A DNA stretch of 55,429 nucleotides. Source: Octopus bimaculoides. Its lineage: Eukaryota. The stretch lies in assembly GCF_001194135.2 (NCBI RefSeq), contig NC_068983.1:60794557-60849985 (forward strand). The letters are read 5' to 3'. Shown here in pieces: positions 25,274 through 37,048 of this stretch. The position numbers and the translations under genes are program-made. Within the stretch, counting starts at the first letter, position 1; every line of letters starts with the position of its first letter. The notes beneath the pieces are model-generated. The model was given only the letters and a program-made list of their open reading frames with translations, was not told the origin of the DNA and ran no database searches.

Positions 25274-25625
25274 TCTCATATAATAAATGTGAATGTCAGT
25301 GTGTCACACTTTTTCAACTTTAATAAATCCTTTCTACTGGAAGCCCAAAGCCTCAAATTTTTGGGGAAGCGATTAAGTCGATTACATCGACCCCAGTATG
25401 TAACTGGCACTAATTTTATCGACCTCGAAAGGATGAAAGGCAAAGTCGTCCTCGCGGAATTCGAACTCAAAATCTAATGGCAGACGAAATACCGCTAAGC
25501 ATTTTGCCCGGTGTGCTAATGATTCTGCCAGCTCACCGCCTTAATATATTATGATAATATGATAAATGTAAATGTCAGTGTGTCACACCTTTTCAATTTT
25601 ACTCCTAGAGGCCGTAGCTCAACAT
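25274..25625 (+). mobile_element. Putative Helitron 5' end interrupted by a minus-strand SINE A (25323-25542)
   Basis: Seen: TC..ATAATAAATGTGAATGTCAGTGTGTCACAC...CTCCTAGAGGCCGTAGC, homologous to 51703-51780. About 44 bp is duplicated either side of the SINE. The Helitron call is inferred from the link to a RepHel motif at 52057. Confidence 0.6.
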
Positions 25626-26339
25626 ATACCANNNNNNNNNNNNNNNNNNNNNNNNNNNNNNNNNNNNNNNNNNNNNNNNNNNNNNNNNNNNNNNNNNNNN
25701 NNNNNNNNNNNNNNNNNNNNNNNNNNNNNNNNNNNNNNNNNNNNNNNNNNNNNNNNNNNNNNNNNNNNNNNNNNNNNNNNNNNNNNNNNNNNNNNNNNNN
25801 NNNNNNNNNNNNNNNNNNNNNNNNNNNNNNNNNNNNNNNNNNNNNNNNNNNNNNNNNNNNNNNNNNNNNNNNNNNNNNNNNNNNNNNNNNNNNNNNNNNN
25901 NNNNNNNNNNNNNNNNNNNNNNNNNNNNNNNNNNNNNNNNNNNNNNNNNNNNNNNNNNNNNNNNNNNNNNNNNNNNNNNNNNNNNNNNNNNNNNNNNNNN
26001 NNNNNNNNNNNNNNNNNNNNNNNNNNNNNNNNNNNNNNNNNNNNNNNNNNNNNNNNNNNNNNNNNNNNNNNNNNNNNNNNNNNNNNNNNNNNNNNNNNNN
26101 NNNNNNNNNNNNNNNNNNNNNNNNNNNNNNNNNNNNNNNNNNNNNNNNNNNNNNNNNNNNNNNNNNNNNNNNNNNNNNNNNNNNNNNNNNNNNNNNNNNN
26201 NNNNNNNNNNNNNNNNNNNNNNNNNNNNNNNNNNNNNNNNNNNNNNNNNNNNNNNNNNNNNNNNNNNNNNNNNNNNNNNNNNNNNNNNNNNNNTATGCGT
26301 GTGTGTGCGTGTGTATACATATTTATATACATACATACA

Positions 26340-26399
<60 letters not shown>

Positions 26400-26405
<6 letters not shown>

Positions 26406-27634
26406 AAAATTATTTCTTGAATCATTCTGTCCAGTGAAGAAAACATTTCTCTTTTCAATTCAATGTCGTATGGCAATTCAGCGTCTTGAGATCCTTCACC
26501 AAACATTTGTTTCTCCTTTTTAGGTCGACTCTGATGCTCCATGATTTTCCAGATCTAGATTCTTTCTCCAAAATCAAAATCTAGATTTTGAACCACTGAC
26601 GCACCTTGAAGTACTAGAGAGATTCGTGTGTCATCGGAAATCTTGCTTGGCCATGGGTCAACATCTGTTATGTCCACTCTGTATGCTGCTGGTCCCGAAA
26701 TATTTTCTTCCACATGTTCTTCATTACTTGAAGGAGTTGAAGTTGAATCCATTGACTTTGACAATGGTTTGGATTCTCAAACTCCTCCAGCTTCAATAGT
26801 AGTAGTTTCTATACGACTGATGTATTCTAATAGTTCCGCTTCATTCTTGTTTAATAATTCCTCTCTTGCCTTTCTCTTTTTTCAATAAGCAGCACCACTT
26901 TCTTTAGTTCGCTTCATCTGGGGGATAGAATGATAGTCTAAAACATTTTAAAAAAGATGAGAACTTGAGATTATAGTGATGACGCTAAATATTACAAGTC
27001 AGAACTTCTACATTTTTGACGAATAACACATTATGAAAAAAAAAAAGAAAAAAAAAATCCGTGTAGCAAAAGAATGCTTTTCTAAATTTACAAACAAACT
27101 TCAAAATGTATTGCGTACATTATTCATTATTACAGCATTGGCAAAACGGCAAGAAAATTGTCCTGGCAAATTGCGATCGCCTCTTCTTACATAACAGTAT
27201 CAATATTTTGCGTAGATCTTTCTGACATACTTGAACACCTTTATCAACTTCTAACTCTTGAATTTCGGAACAAGAAATCTGAATTTAAAACCAAAGATAA
27301 TGACTGTTAGATGACACTGAAGTGATTCCACTGTTTACAGTGTTTATATAAGGTTACGAAAGAGAGAGCATGGGATCATGTTATACGACCATATAAGGAA
27401 AAGAAACGGCTGACACCAGACATATTGTAAGCGATATCGTCGAATGGGCATCTATGTTTCAAACGATAAACAGATCACGTGTTACTGTATCGACTGTTAC
27501 ATTTGATAGTGAGTAGTGTCCGTGTCCCGACATTAAAACCACTATTATTTGATTTCCATACAGCCTATACAGGCTTACGGTCTACAGCAGAGCCAAAAGT
27601 GGTGCCGCCGCCCCCGCCTCTAGCTACTTTAGTG
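26400..27634 (-). mobile_element. hAT (ZMYM1/Ac-like) transposon, internally deleted
   Basis: Seen on minus: MKRTKESGAAY*KKRKAREE...DVDPWPSKISDDTRISLVLQG..QNLDFDF joined to RPKKEKQMFGEGSQDAEL...KREMFSSLDRMIQEI. A GC-rich terminus (GTAGCTAGAGGCGGGGGC) lies near 27610-27634. Family assigned from recalled motifs. Confidence 0.65.
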
Positions 27635-27639
27635 ACGAG

Positions 27640-27809
<170 letters not shown>

Positions 27810-28231
27810 GCACGTACGCACATGTGAATGCCATAGATATGATGAGTGAAACAGTAGGATTGAGTGAAGAAAACGTAATTGTGATAGTTGGACAAACAGA
27901 GATAAACAGAGTGAGATAAGTGACAGTGTACGTGGTAGATAAACGGTCTCTTTATCTGACAGAATGTGTTCGATCGACCACTTAGAAATAGCAGCGAAAT
28001 ACCCTTATATCATACACATTCGTCTTAAGTAAACACTGGGCAAGTTGGACTATGTAATCCTGCATACTTCGAACAGCAAGGATGTTCATGACTTCAACAT
28101 TTGTAATCATAAATTTGCTTGATCAGCGCGATGAAACATCTATATATCATCACCACCACCACCACCACCAGAATATTAAATTAGAAAGAATATTAAATTA
28201 GCAAGGGCTGGTAATAATAATAATAATGATG

Positions 28232-28295
<64 letters not shown>

Positions 28296-28296
<1 letters not shown>

Positions 28297-29452
28297 CCTT
28301 AGATATTATGACTGAAAAATGGCATGGAAAACCTCTCCATGGCAAATACCCAAAGAGAGCGAATAATGCAGATATTGACAAAGCCCTTACCCATCAATGG
28401 CTAATGGCCTCTGGCTTGAAATCAGAAACAGAGGGGTTTATCATAGCAGCCCAAGATCAATGCCTACCTACAAAGAACTACCAGGCCAACATATTAAAGA
28501 ACGGNNNNNNNNNNNNNNNNNNNNNNNNNNNNNNNNNNNNNNNNNNNNNNNNNNNNNNNNNNNNNNNNNNNNNNNNNNNNNNNNNNNNNNNNNNNNNNNN
28601 NNNNNNNNNNNNNNNNNNNNNNNNNNNNNNNNNNNNNNNNNNNNNNNNNNNNNNNNNNNNNNNNNNNNNNNNNNNNNNNNNNNNNNNNNNNNNNNNNNNN
28701 NNNNNNNNNNNNNNNNNNNNNNNNNNNNNNNNNNNNNNNNNNNNNNNNNNNNNNNNNNNNNNNNNNNNNNNNNNNNNNNNNNNNNNNNNNNNNNNNNNNN
28801 NNNNNNNNNNNNNNNNNNNNNNNNNNNNNNNNNNNNNNNNNNNNNNNNNNNNNNNNNNNNNNNNNNNNNNNNNNNNNNNNNNNNNNNNNNNNNNNNNNNN
28901 NNNNNNNNNNNNNNNNNNNNNNNNNNNNNNNNNNNNNNNNNNNNNNNNNNNNNNNNNNNNNNNNNNNNNNNNNNNNNNNNNNNNNNNNNNNNNNNNNNNN
29001 NNNNNNNNNNNNNNNNNNNNNNNNNNNNNNNNNNNNNNNNNNNNNNNNNNNNNNNNNNNNNNNNNNNNNNNNNNNNNNNNNNNNNNNNNNNNNNNNNNNN
29101 NNNNNNNNNNNNNNNNNNNNNNCCCTGGGAATGACAGCGAAACGGGCTGATTACTACCTAGCTCAGATACCAGGAAACCCCAAAATGGCTGAAGTTCAAA
29201 AGATAGTGCTCATGTGAACTGCCCATATCCTACGTAAAATACTGTCTATGTGATCTCAAATTTTAAAGCAAACATAATTTTCTTATGGTTTCTTAAACAT
29301 TCACTAGAACAAAACTGTACAAATCCAAATATATGGTACCCTAGGCATAACACCTACATGAAGTTCTAACTTGTCTCTTGAGGTCTCTGGGTGAGACTTG
29401 GATCCAACTTGTACAAATGCAAAACAAAAGTCAAACATAAAATAATAATAAT
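28296..29452 (+). mobile_element. 5'-truncated R4/Dong LINE inserted in (AAT)n (middle in gap)
   Basis: Seen: EKWHGKPLHGKYP...QWL..SGLKSETEGFIIAAQDQCLPTKNYQ, an N gap, then LGMTAKRADYYLAQIPG...KIVLM*TAHILRKILSM*, 3' UTR and AATAATAAT tail. (AAT)n at 28212-28295 lies upstream. Confidence 0.9.
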
Positions 29453-29485
29453 ATTACTGTCAACACTAACTTGAACCCCTAAAAT

Positions 29486-30153
29486 GTGAATAATAATATT
29501 AATGGAGACGTAGGAAATAGAAACATCAGTACTAGTGCTTCTAATATATATAATATAGACTGTAGTTCTGAGGTATATACTAGCACGGGGATTACTGATA
29601 CGCCTGATGATGCTGGGATGAATGTGAATGATACTACAGTTGAAGGATGGAGAGATAATAATAGATGTGAAAATGACACATACAACATTAGTAGTAGGAT
29701 TAATATTGATAGTGATATTAATAATAATAATGATATGAATATCAATAATATTAATACTAGTAATTCTCCTAGTTGCAATTGTAGAGTTAAATCCCACTGT
29801 CCATTATTAGGCTGATGTTTAATCCAAAACGTAATATATAAGTGTACAATCACAACTGTAGCTGGTAACTTTATATATATAGGATGTTCTATAAATATGA
29901 AAAAACGTATCACTAACAATTTTTCATCTTTTAGACTTAAACATAAAGCGGAATCGAATTTAACCTGAAATGGGATGTTATAAGGAAAGCGCAGCCTTAT
30001 AGAGATAGTCGATACGGGTGCGAGCTGTGCTCTATGGAAACTTATAAAATTTTTAAGTATAGAGACAAGAACAACCTGATTAATAATAGATTAGACCTAA
30101 GGGTATCATGCGTACATAGTGTCACCCGTATATTTAAATATTTTCGAAATTAA
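29486..30153 (+). pseudogene. Penelope-like element GIY-YIG endonuclease remnant with Asn-rich linker
   Basis: Seen: CNCRVKSHCPLLG*CLIQNVIYKC...FIYIGCS...KRITNNFSSFR, then after a frameshift KWDVIRKAQPY...CELCSME...NLINNR...SCVH. Established: PLE endonuclease pattern. Confidence 0.8.
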
Positions 30154-31277
30154 CATTTAAAGGTGCTATACTTGAACCTAGATGGCGGAAATTAATTTTT
30201 AGTGTCGTATCTGATGTGAACTTACCCCCTCGTATTATATATAATAAAATCATGGGATATTGAGTAATATGATGAATTAAGGTGCATTGCATATATCATA
30301 TGCTATATGATATAGTATGTGGTATGCTACATGTAGTTATTATCCTATGAATAATCCTGCCTAGTTAGTCTGACTTCACCATGTCTTTTGTGATTAAACT
30401 ATTTATTCCTTTCTATGGTGTTCTACCCTACTAATCATATTATGTATTTTGTAATGGCTTTTATGTAAGTAAGCCTCCTAATTATATACCCCTGTGAAAC
30501 TATAAAATCATGTATGTAATAACAAAGGCAACTTTATAACTTATAAAATACCCCTTCGGTCTGAATACCTCCCCCTGCCCTCACTGCTACCATACCTATT
30601 GCTTCTCCCGTGGGATTATCTTTATCTCTCCCCAACCTCGAATTTTAATACCCTGTCTCTTTAAAATGTAAGTTGTATATATTTTCTTACTATTCGCTAT
30701 AATTTCTTATTGTGTTTTCTTGTTTGGTATCTTTACCTATTAACTTCTTATCTCTGATAAGTTATTAATGTTCTTAAAGAAAAATATAAACTTTCTAGCT
30801 ACTTAACTCTAGAAGAGTTGATTATAATATACCCATAATAAAGCGCAAATATTCGTGTAAATTTGCAGGTGAGCACATAGTTAAATATGTGTATGTATCT
30901 GTGCACAACTTTTTTTTCTCTGATTCTTAGCTTATAATTAATATATAAATAGCATGATTTATCCCCCCAGTATACCATAAGTGAATACCCAGAGCAACCT
31001 TTATAGAAACCACCTTATAAGTAAATAATTAAGTACAGGAATGAATATTAGATTAATTCTATGTAATCTTCCCTTTCTAATGTTGAAAATTAGTATATAT
31101 ACACAGTTTATCTATTCTGGTTATATCATCTTTTAATAATATTAATTTTTTTTTTATACAACATAACAATATTGTTTATATATAACCACCCATAGTACCC
31201 CATGATAATTTCCTCTGTATCAACATCATAGGTTTTATTAGCGTCTTGCCCTTTTAACTGGTAATTAACATCTTGAT

Positions 31278-31633
31278 TTGGGCAAGTGTCTTCTACTATA
31301 GCCTACAGCCGACCAAAGCCTTGTGAGTGGATTTGGTAGACGAAAACTGAAATAGGCCGTAGTATACTATGTATGTATTGTATATATGTATGTATGTATG
31401 TGTGTGTGTGTATTTGTGTCTGTGTTTGTCCCCTACCACCGCCTGACAATGGTGCTGGTACGTTTACGTCCCTCGTAACGTAGCGGTTCGGCAAAAAAGA
31501 TCAGTAGAATACGTACTAGGCTTAACAAAATGTAAGTATTGGGGGTCTATTCATTCGACTACAAAAATTGTGCAAGGTGATGCCCCAGCATAGCCGCAGT
31601 CTAATGATTGAAACAAGTAAAAGATAAAAGAGA
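31278..31633 (+). mobile_element. SINE D, 5'-truncated
   Basis: Seen: homolog of 11302-11684 lacking the head. Confidence 0.8.
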
Positions 31634-31783
31634 TAGATAGATAGATAGATTGAAATACTGGTAAAATAGTTCCCTGAAAACTCTGATCGAGTGCAAACCT
31701 AAAATACTTGACAGATATTTGGGACAGACTAGAAATGTCCTGTACAGTCATAGAGATTTACTGTCCTGCAGATGTGATCATCT

Positions 31784-31940
31784 GCGTGGCTGTGTGGTAA
31801 GAGGTTTGCTTTCCAACCACATGATTCCAAACTCAGTCCCATTGCATGGCACCTTGGGCAAATACCTTCTTCTATAGCATCGGGCCGACCAAAGATTTGT
31901 GAGTGGACTTGGTAGACGGAAACTGAAAGAAGACCGTCGT
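31784..31940 (+). mobile_element. SINE D, 5' half
   Basis: Seen: head to GAAAGAAGACCGTCG, then (AC)n and a gap. Confidence 0.8.
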
Positions 31941-31945
31941 GTATG

Positions 31946-32021
<76 letters not shown>

Positions 32022-32400
32022 NNNNNNNNNNNNNNNNNNNNNNNNNNNNNNNNNNNNNNNNNNNNNNNNNNNNNNNNNNNNNNNNNNNNNNNNNNNNNNN
32101 NNNNNNNNNNNNNNNNNNNNNNNNNNNNNNNNNNNNNNNNNNNNNNNNNNNNNNNNNNNNNNNNNNNNNNNNNNNNNNNNNNNNNNNNNNNNNNNNNNNN
32201 NNNNNNNNNNNNNNNNNNNNNNNNNNNNNNNNNNNNNNNNNNNNNNNNNNNNNNNNNNNNNNNNNNNNNNNNNNNNNNNNNNNNNNNNNNNNNNNNNNNN
32301 NNNNNNNNNTTCTCTATGTGGCCTGTGTGCTTTTTGTACCTTGTTTATCATTTTGTCCATGTTCTTATGCAACGTCATGTACCCAGATATATATATACTC

Positions 32401-32439
<39 letters not shown>

Positions 32440-32441
<2 letters not shown>

Positions 32442-34213
32442 GAGTTTGTATGATGGTGTATAGAATCAATGAAAATCTAACTGATTTTCACGTTTTATTA
32501 TTTACAATTTTACGATATCGAAATAAACTAGTATTTCCATGCGTTACGCAATCATCAGGTTTATTTAGTGACAGTCGTGTTCCACAATTGACAATGCTAA
32601 TGAAATGGTTAGATTTGTTCTTTAAGTACCCTCCGATGGGCTCCAGCAGAGTGAATCTCTCAAACTGTATTTCGGCCAATCAGCACGTAGCTTAGATGTC
32701 ACGGTTTGGTGAATGTGTCAATTTGGTTAGCATTTATCCCGCTTTTTCCAACAAGATATTTTAGTCAATTGGTGTGCGGCTTGGTCGTCACGGTTTGGTG
32801 GGCAGGTCAAGGATTCTTTACTTTGGTCGCAGCTAAAGCAATAATTGTTTTGCTATATTTTGGAATGTTGTAAACAACATTCCTGTTTTCATTGAATTCT
32901 ATATTTGCAATTTTCCAGAAAGTCAATGTTGATATGGTTAGTACTGTTACCATTCCTCACCCTCGCCTTTATTATTGTTGTTGTTAGTGGTGCCAAAAGT
33001 AGTAGTAGTAGTAGTAAAACTGGTTTGAATTTATCAATAAAATTTTTTTTCTCTGACTTTTCACTTCACTTCACTTGAGTTGTGTAGTTTGTCGAATGGG
33101 AATATTATAAACTTTTTCGGACCACACGTTGCCAGGTTGTTGCCTAAAGGGATCTGATAGACATCAGGGTCCCTAATTTGCTGTCGGTGCACATGTGAAC
33201 GTTCCGATAATACATTCTCAGTCTGACCAACGTATATCTCTTCACAATTCGGGCATTTGATGCAGTAACTTAAATTTCTGCCTTTGCAGTTCATATTTGC
33301 ATTTGCAAATGTTCTTCCGGATTTCGTGTTCATATATTGACCGGTTTGTATGAGCTGATATGTACCACATCGATTACCATTGCATTTCGATAAAATGAAT
33401 GATTCGTCGTCATTGTTGCTTAGGTCAAACTTTGCCTTTGCTAGTAATTGTTTCAAGTCTTTTACTTAGAATCATAGCTCGATCCGTGATTATATCCTTC
33501 AATTCATTACTTTCAGCAATGATCGGCAAGTTTGCTTTGTCAAAGCGAAAGATATTTTGGTGACACAGATTGTGTGTCACTGTAAATGGTATGAGCTGTT
33601 CTTGTGTTTCTGTTTGGAGTTGTTCTACATTGTTCTATGGATATTTCTATCGCACGCTGTATACTATTTGCTATAAGTAACGACGGATATTTTTGTTTGA
33701 GTAGAAATTCTTTGAGTTCTGTTGGGCGTTTGTTTCTGCTATTCACATCTTCCACAATGCTACAAAATTTTCTGGCTAAGTTGTATAGGATATTGCGTTT
33801 TGTATGTGTTGGATGGCACGATTTAAAGTTCAGGTATTGATGTGTGTCTGTGTGTTTATTGTATATATTAGTGTTGATAGTGCTCTCACTTTTAATAACC
33901 ATTATGTCTAGAAATGGTAATTTGGTACTACTCACCTCTTTTGTAAATTTCAGAGTTGAGTGCAGATTGTTGAGGAGAATATTGAATTCTTTCAGAGTAT
34001 CTAGAGATTCTGTCCAGATTATGAAGCAATCGTCAAGATATCTCTTCCATGCATCTTCAATATACCTTTTAAATTCAGTGCCGTACTTTTCCTCTACTCT
34101 TTGATAGAGTTGTTTTTCTGAGTATCTCATTAAGGAGTTCGCATAAATGGGAGTAATTCTCGTTCCCATCGCTGTGCCTCTAACTTGGATGTAATCCTTT
34201 CCATTGAAAAAGA

Positions 34214-34217
<4 letters not shown>
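32440..34217 (-). mobile_element. Penelope-like retroelement, 5'-truncated: RT C-half + GIY-YIG + 3' region
   Basis: Seen on minus: FNGKDYIQVRGTAMGT...WKRYLDDCFIIW...LPFLDI...YLNFKSCHP (34217-33540), a frameshift, then NLSYCIKCPNCEEIYVGQT...ERSHVHR (33456-33061). About 600 bp of non-coding 3' sequence ends at (TA)n. Confidence 0.9.
32521..32566 (-). ncRNA. Minimal type I hammerhead ribozyme-like motif in the PLE 3' region
   Basis: Seen (RNA sense): AAAUAAAC-CUGAUGA-UUGCGUAACGCAUG-GAAA-UAC-UA-GUUUAUUU. It has an 8-bp stem I and intact core boxes, but imperfect stems II and III. Confidence 0.55.
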
Positions 34218-34259
<42 letters not shown>

Positions 34260-35482
34260 NNNNNNNNNNNNNNNNNNNNNNNNNNNNNNNNNNNNNNNNN
34301 NNNNNNNNNNNNNNNNNNNNNNNNNNNNNNNNNNNNNNNNNNNNNNNNNNNNNNNNNNNNNNNNNNNNNNNNNNNNNNNNNNNNNNNNNNNNNNNNNNNN
34401 NNNNNNNNNNNNNNNNNNNNNNNNNNNNNNNNNNNNNNNNNNNNNNNNNNNNNNNNNNNNNNNNNNNNNNNNNNNNNNNNNNNNNNNNNNNNNNNNNNNN
34501 NNNNNNNNNNNNNNNNNNNNNNNNNNNNNNNNNNNNNNNNNNNNNNNNNNNNNNNNNNNNNNNNNNNNNNNNNNNNNNNNNNNNNNNNNNNNNNNNNNNN
34601 NNNNNNNNNNNNNNNNNNNNNNNNNNNNNNNNNNNNNNNNNNNNNNNNNNNNNNNNNNNNNNNNNNNNNNNNNNNNNNNNNNNNNNNNNNNNNNNNNNNN
34701 NNNNNNNNNNNNNNNNNNNNNNNNNNNNNNNNNNNNNNNNNNNNNNNNNNNNNNNNNNNNNNNNNNNNNNNNNNNNNNNNNNNNNNNNNNNNNNNNNNNN
34801 NNNNNNNNNNNNNNNNNNNNNNNNNNNNNNNNNNNNNNNNNNNNNNNNNNNNNNNNNNNNNNNNNNNNNNNNNNNNNNNNNNNNNNNNNNNNNNNNNNNN
34901 NNNNNNNNNNNNNNNNNNNNNNNNNNNNNNNNNNNNNNNNNNNNNNNNNNNNNNNNNNNNNNNNNNNNNNNNNNNNNNNNNNNNNNNNNNNNNNNNNNNN
35001 NNNNNNNNNNNNNNNNNNNNNNNNNNNNNNNNNNNNNNNNNNNNNNNNNNNNNNNNNNNNNNNNNNNNNNNNNNNNNNNNNNNNNNNNNNNNNNNNNNNN
35101 NNNNNNNNNNNNNNNNNNNNNNNNNNNNNNNNNNNNNNNNNNNNNNNNNNNNNNNNNNNNNNNNNNNNNNNNNNNNNNNNNNNNNNNNNNNNNNNNNNNN
35201 NNNNNNNNNNNNNNNNNNNNNNNNNNNNNNNNNNNNNNNNNNNNNNNNNNNNNNNNNNNCTCTCTCCTTCTCTCTCTTTCTCTCTCAGAGAACAGATATA
35301 AAAAAAGGCATCGGAGGGGCGATGCATACTCTGCGTGCAGACAAATTTTTTCGCCGATTCTAGCTTTTTAACTGAACTGAATAAGGTTTTGTAAGTGTTC
35401 GACTAAAAGAGGATTAGAAGCTTAAGAACGGTGAAATTAAGAAATCAACTCGTAAATAAACGAAACCCTCGAATCCATCACT

Positions 35483-35525
<43 letters not shown>

Positions 35526-35528
35526 GGC

Positions 35529-35559
<31 letters not shown>

Positions 35560-35929
35560 TGTATGTATGTATGTATGTATGTACCCACGCGTGTCTACGC
35601 GCACAGGTACATCATGATCTATAGACACGCAGTCGAAGAAAATGAACAAAATGAAATGCTTCTCGAAAATATTGCATAGCAACGTCTTTCAATGGTGGCC
35701 GGTGAATCAAACGTATTATCGTTCGTTGTAGGATATAAATAATACGACCATTTGCTGATCGGCAAATTTGTAAGTTCGATTTTTCCTTTTCTTTGAATTA
35801 TTACCATTATAGGTATTTATACTCCGGTGAAATCAAGAAATCAGCTTTAAATAAACGAAACCCTCAAATCCATCACTGTACACACACACACGCACACAAT
35901 CGCATATCTATTTATGTATTTATGTGTGT

Positions 35930-36106
35930 TTGAAGATAATCAAACCAAATTTTCATCATCTCGAACCACTCACCCAATGAGTATTTTTGCCAAATTTGGT
36001 GAAAATCCGTTCAATGGCTTTCCAGTAATTTTGCAAACACACAGACAAACAGACAAAGACTAATGATTACAATACCCTGCTCTCGCTTACGCGCGCAGGA
36101 TAATAA
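35930..36106 (+). mobile_element. Helentron/DINE-1-like non-autonomous element 3' end
   Basis: Seen: CCAAATTTGGTGAAAATCCG...ACAGACAAACAGAC...GATTACAATA plus a terminal hairpin CCTGC...GCAGG. A ~60-bp direct repeat lies upstream at 35428-35490 and 35825-35890. Class is inferred. Confidence 0.45.
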
Positions 36107-36181
36107 ACATTACTATAATGTGTTATAGAACATAACTACAGACCTTTAGCCAACACGAATACAAACAGCGACTGTATACAC

Positions 36182-36611
36182 CAGTGGTTCTTAACCTTTG
36201 TTTTTTTGTAGCGTCCCCATTTTAAGTTGTTATGCCTGGCGCTCGCCTAAGTGGTGAATGAGGTAACACAACTAAACTAACTTAAGATGGACGATAATTT
36301 ATAAATTTTACTCTAAAATGGATTGTATAAGCTTTCAACAGTGAAATGATAAAAAATGAATAAAGACAAACGATGTAAATTTACTTCATACATTTCAAGT
36401 TAATAACTTCCCTGTGCCTGATGAGATCTCATTTTATTTTAATAGCCATTACTAGTTTTTATCATGTACAATATGATTACTACTATAGGCAAAATTTAGT
36501 ATATTAATTATGTGACCTCACTGCAACCTCACCGCCCCCTAAAACCTAACGCCCCCTGCGACATGCCCAGCGACCCCTTGAGGGCGGTATCGCCCACATT
36601 AAGAATTTCTG
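36182..36611. mobile_element. hAT (Charlie-like) MITE with 8-bp TSD
   Basis: Seen: CAGTGGTTCTTAAC ... ATTAAGAATTTCTG, with flanks GTATACAC / GTATGCAC (7/8 identical). Confidence 0.8.
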
Positions 36612-36849
36612 GTATGCACAAAGTCTTCGTGGTAATGTCCTAGGTTTGTTTGGAGTTTCGACCGTAGTTGTGCACTTTCCTTAATTATCCACGAACATTC
36701 TACTAATAAATCCACTGACATTAGTAACTAAAGTAATCTGGATGGATCGATTCACACATTTAACATTTCCTTGACTGTTAGATTGAATATCAAACTATTG
36801 GTGCCGCTGACGAAACTCCAAACATAGTCTGAAACATGCTACATATACA

Positions 36850-37008
36850 AGTATTCTTTCGTGTGGCAAGAATCTTGCTTCCCAACCACATGGTTACGCG
36901 TGCAGTCCCACTGCGTAACATCCTGGGCACGTGTCTTCTACTATGGCCTCGAGCCGACCAAAGACTTGTGACTGGGTTTGATAGACGAATACTGAAAGAA
37001 GCCCGTCA

Positions 37009-37048
<40 letters not shown>

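Noticed and set aside
29486-29815. Asn-rich 109-aa ORF as a stand-alone gene
   Set aside because: It reads through one stop directly into a GIY-YIG domain, so it is the PLE linker.
30805-30860. Possible decayed hammerhead downstream of the second PLE (CTAGAAGA...GCAAA)
   Set aside because: Both core boxes need indels, which is too degenerate to support from one copy.
33540-35327. 595-aa ORF in the track, and all other X-containing ORFs
   Set aside because: The length comes from reading through N gaps. Only 33540-34217 is real coding sequence (PLE RT); the rest is (CT)n, (CA)n and N.
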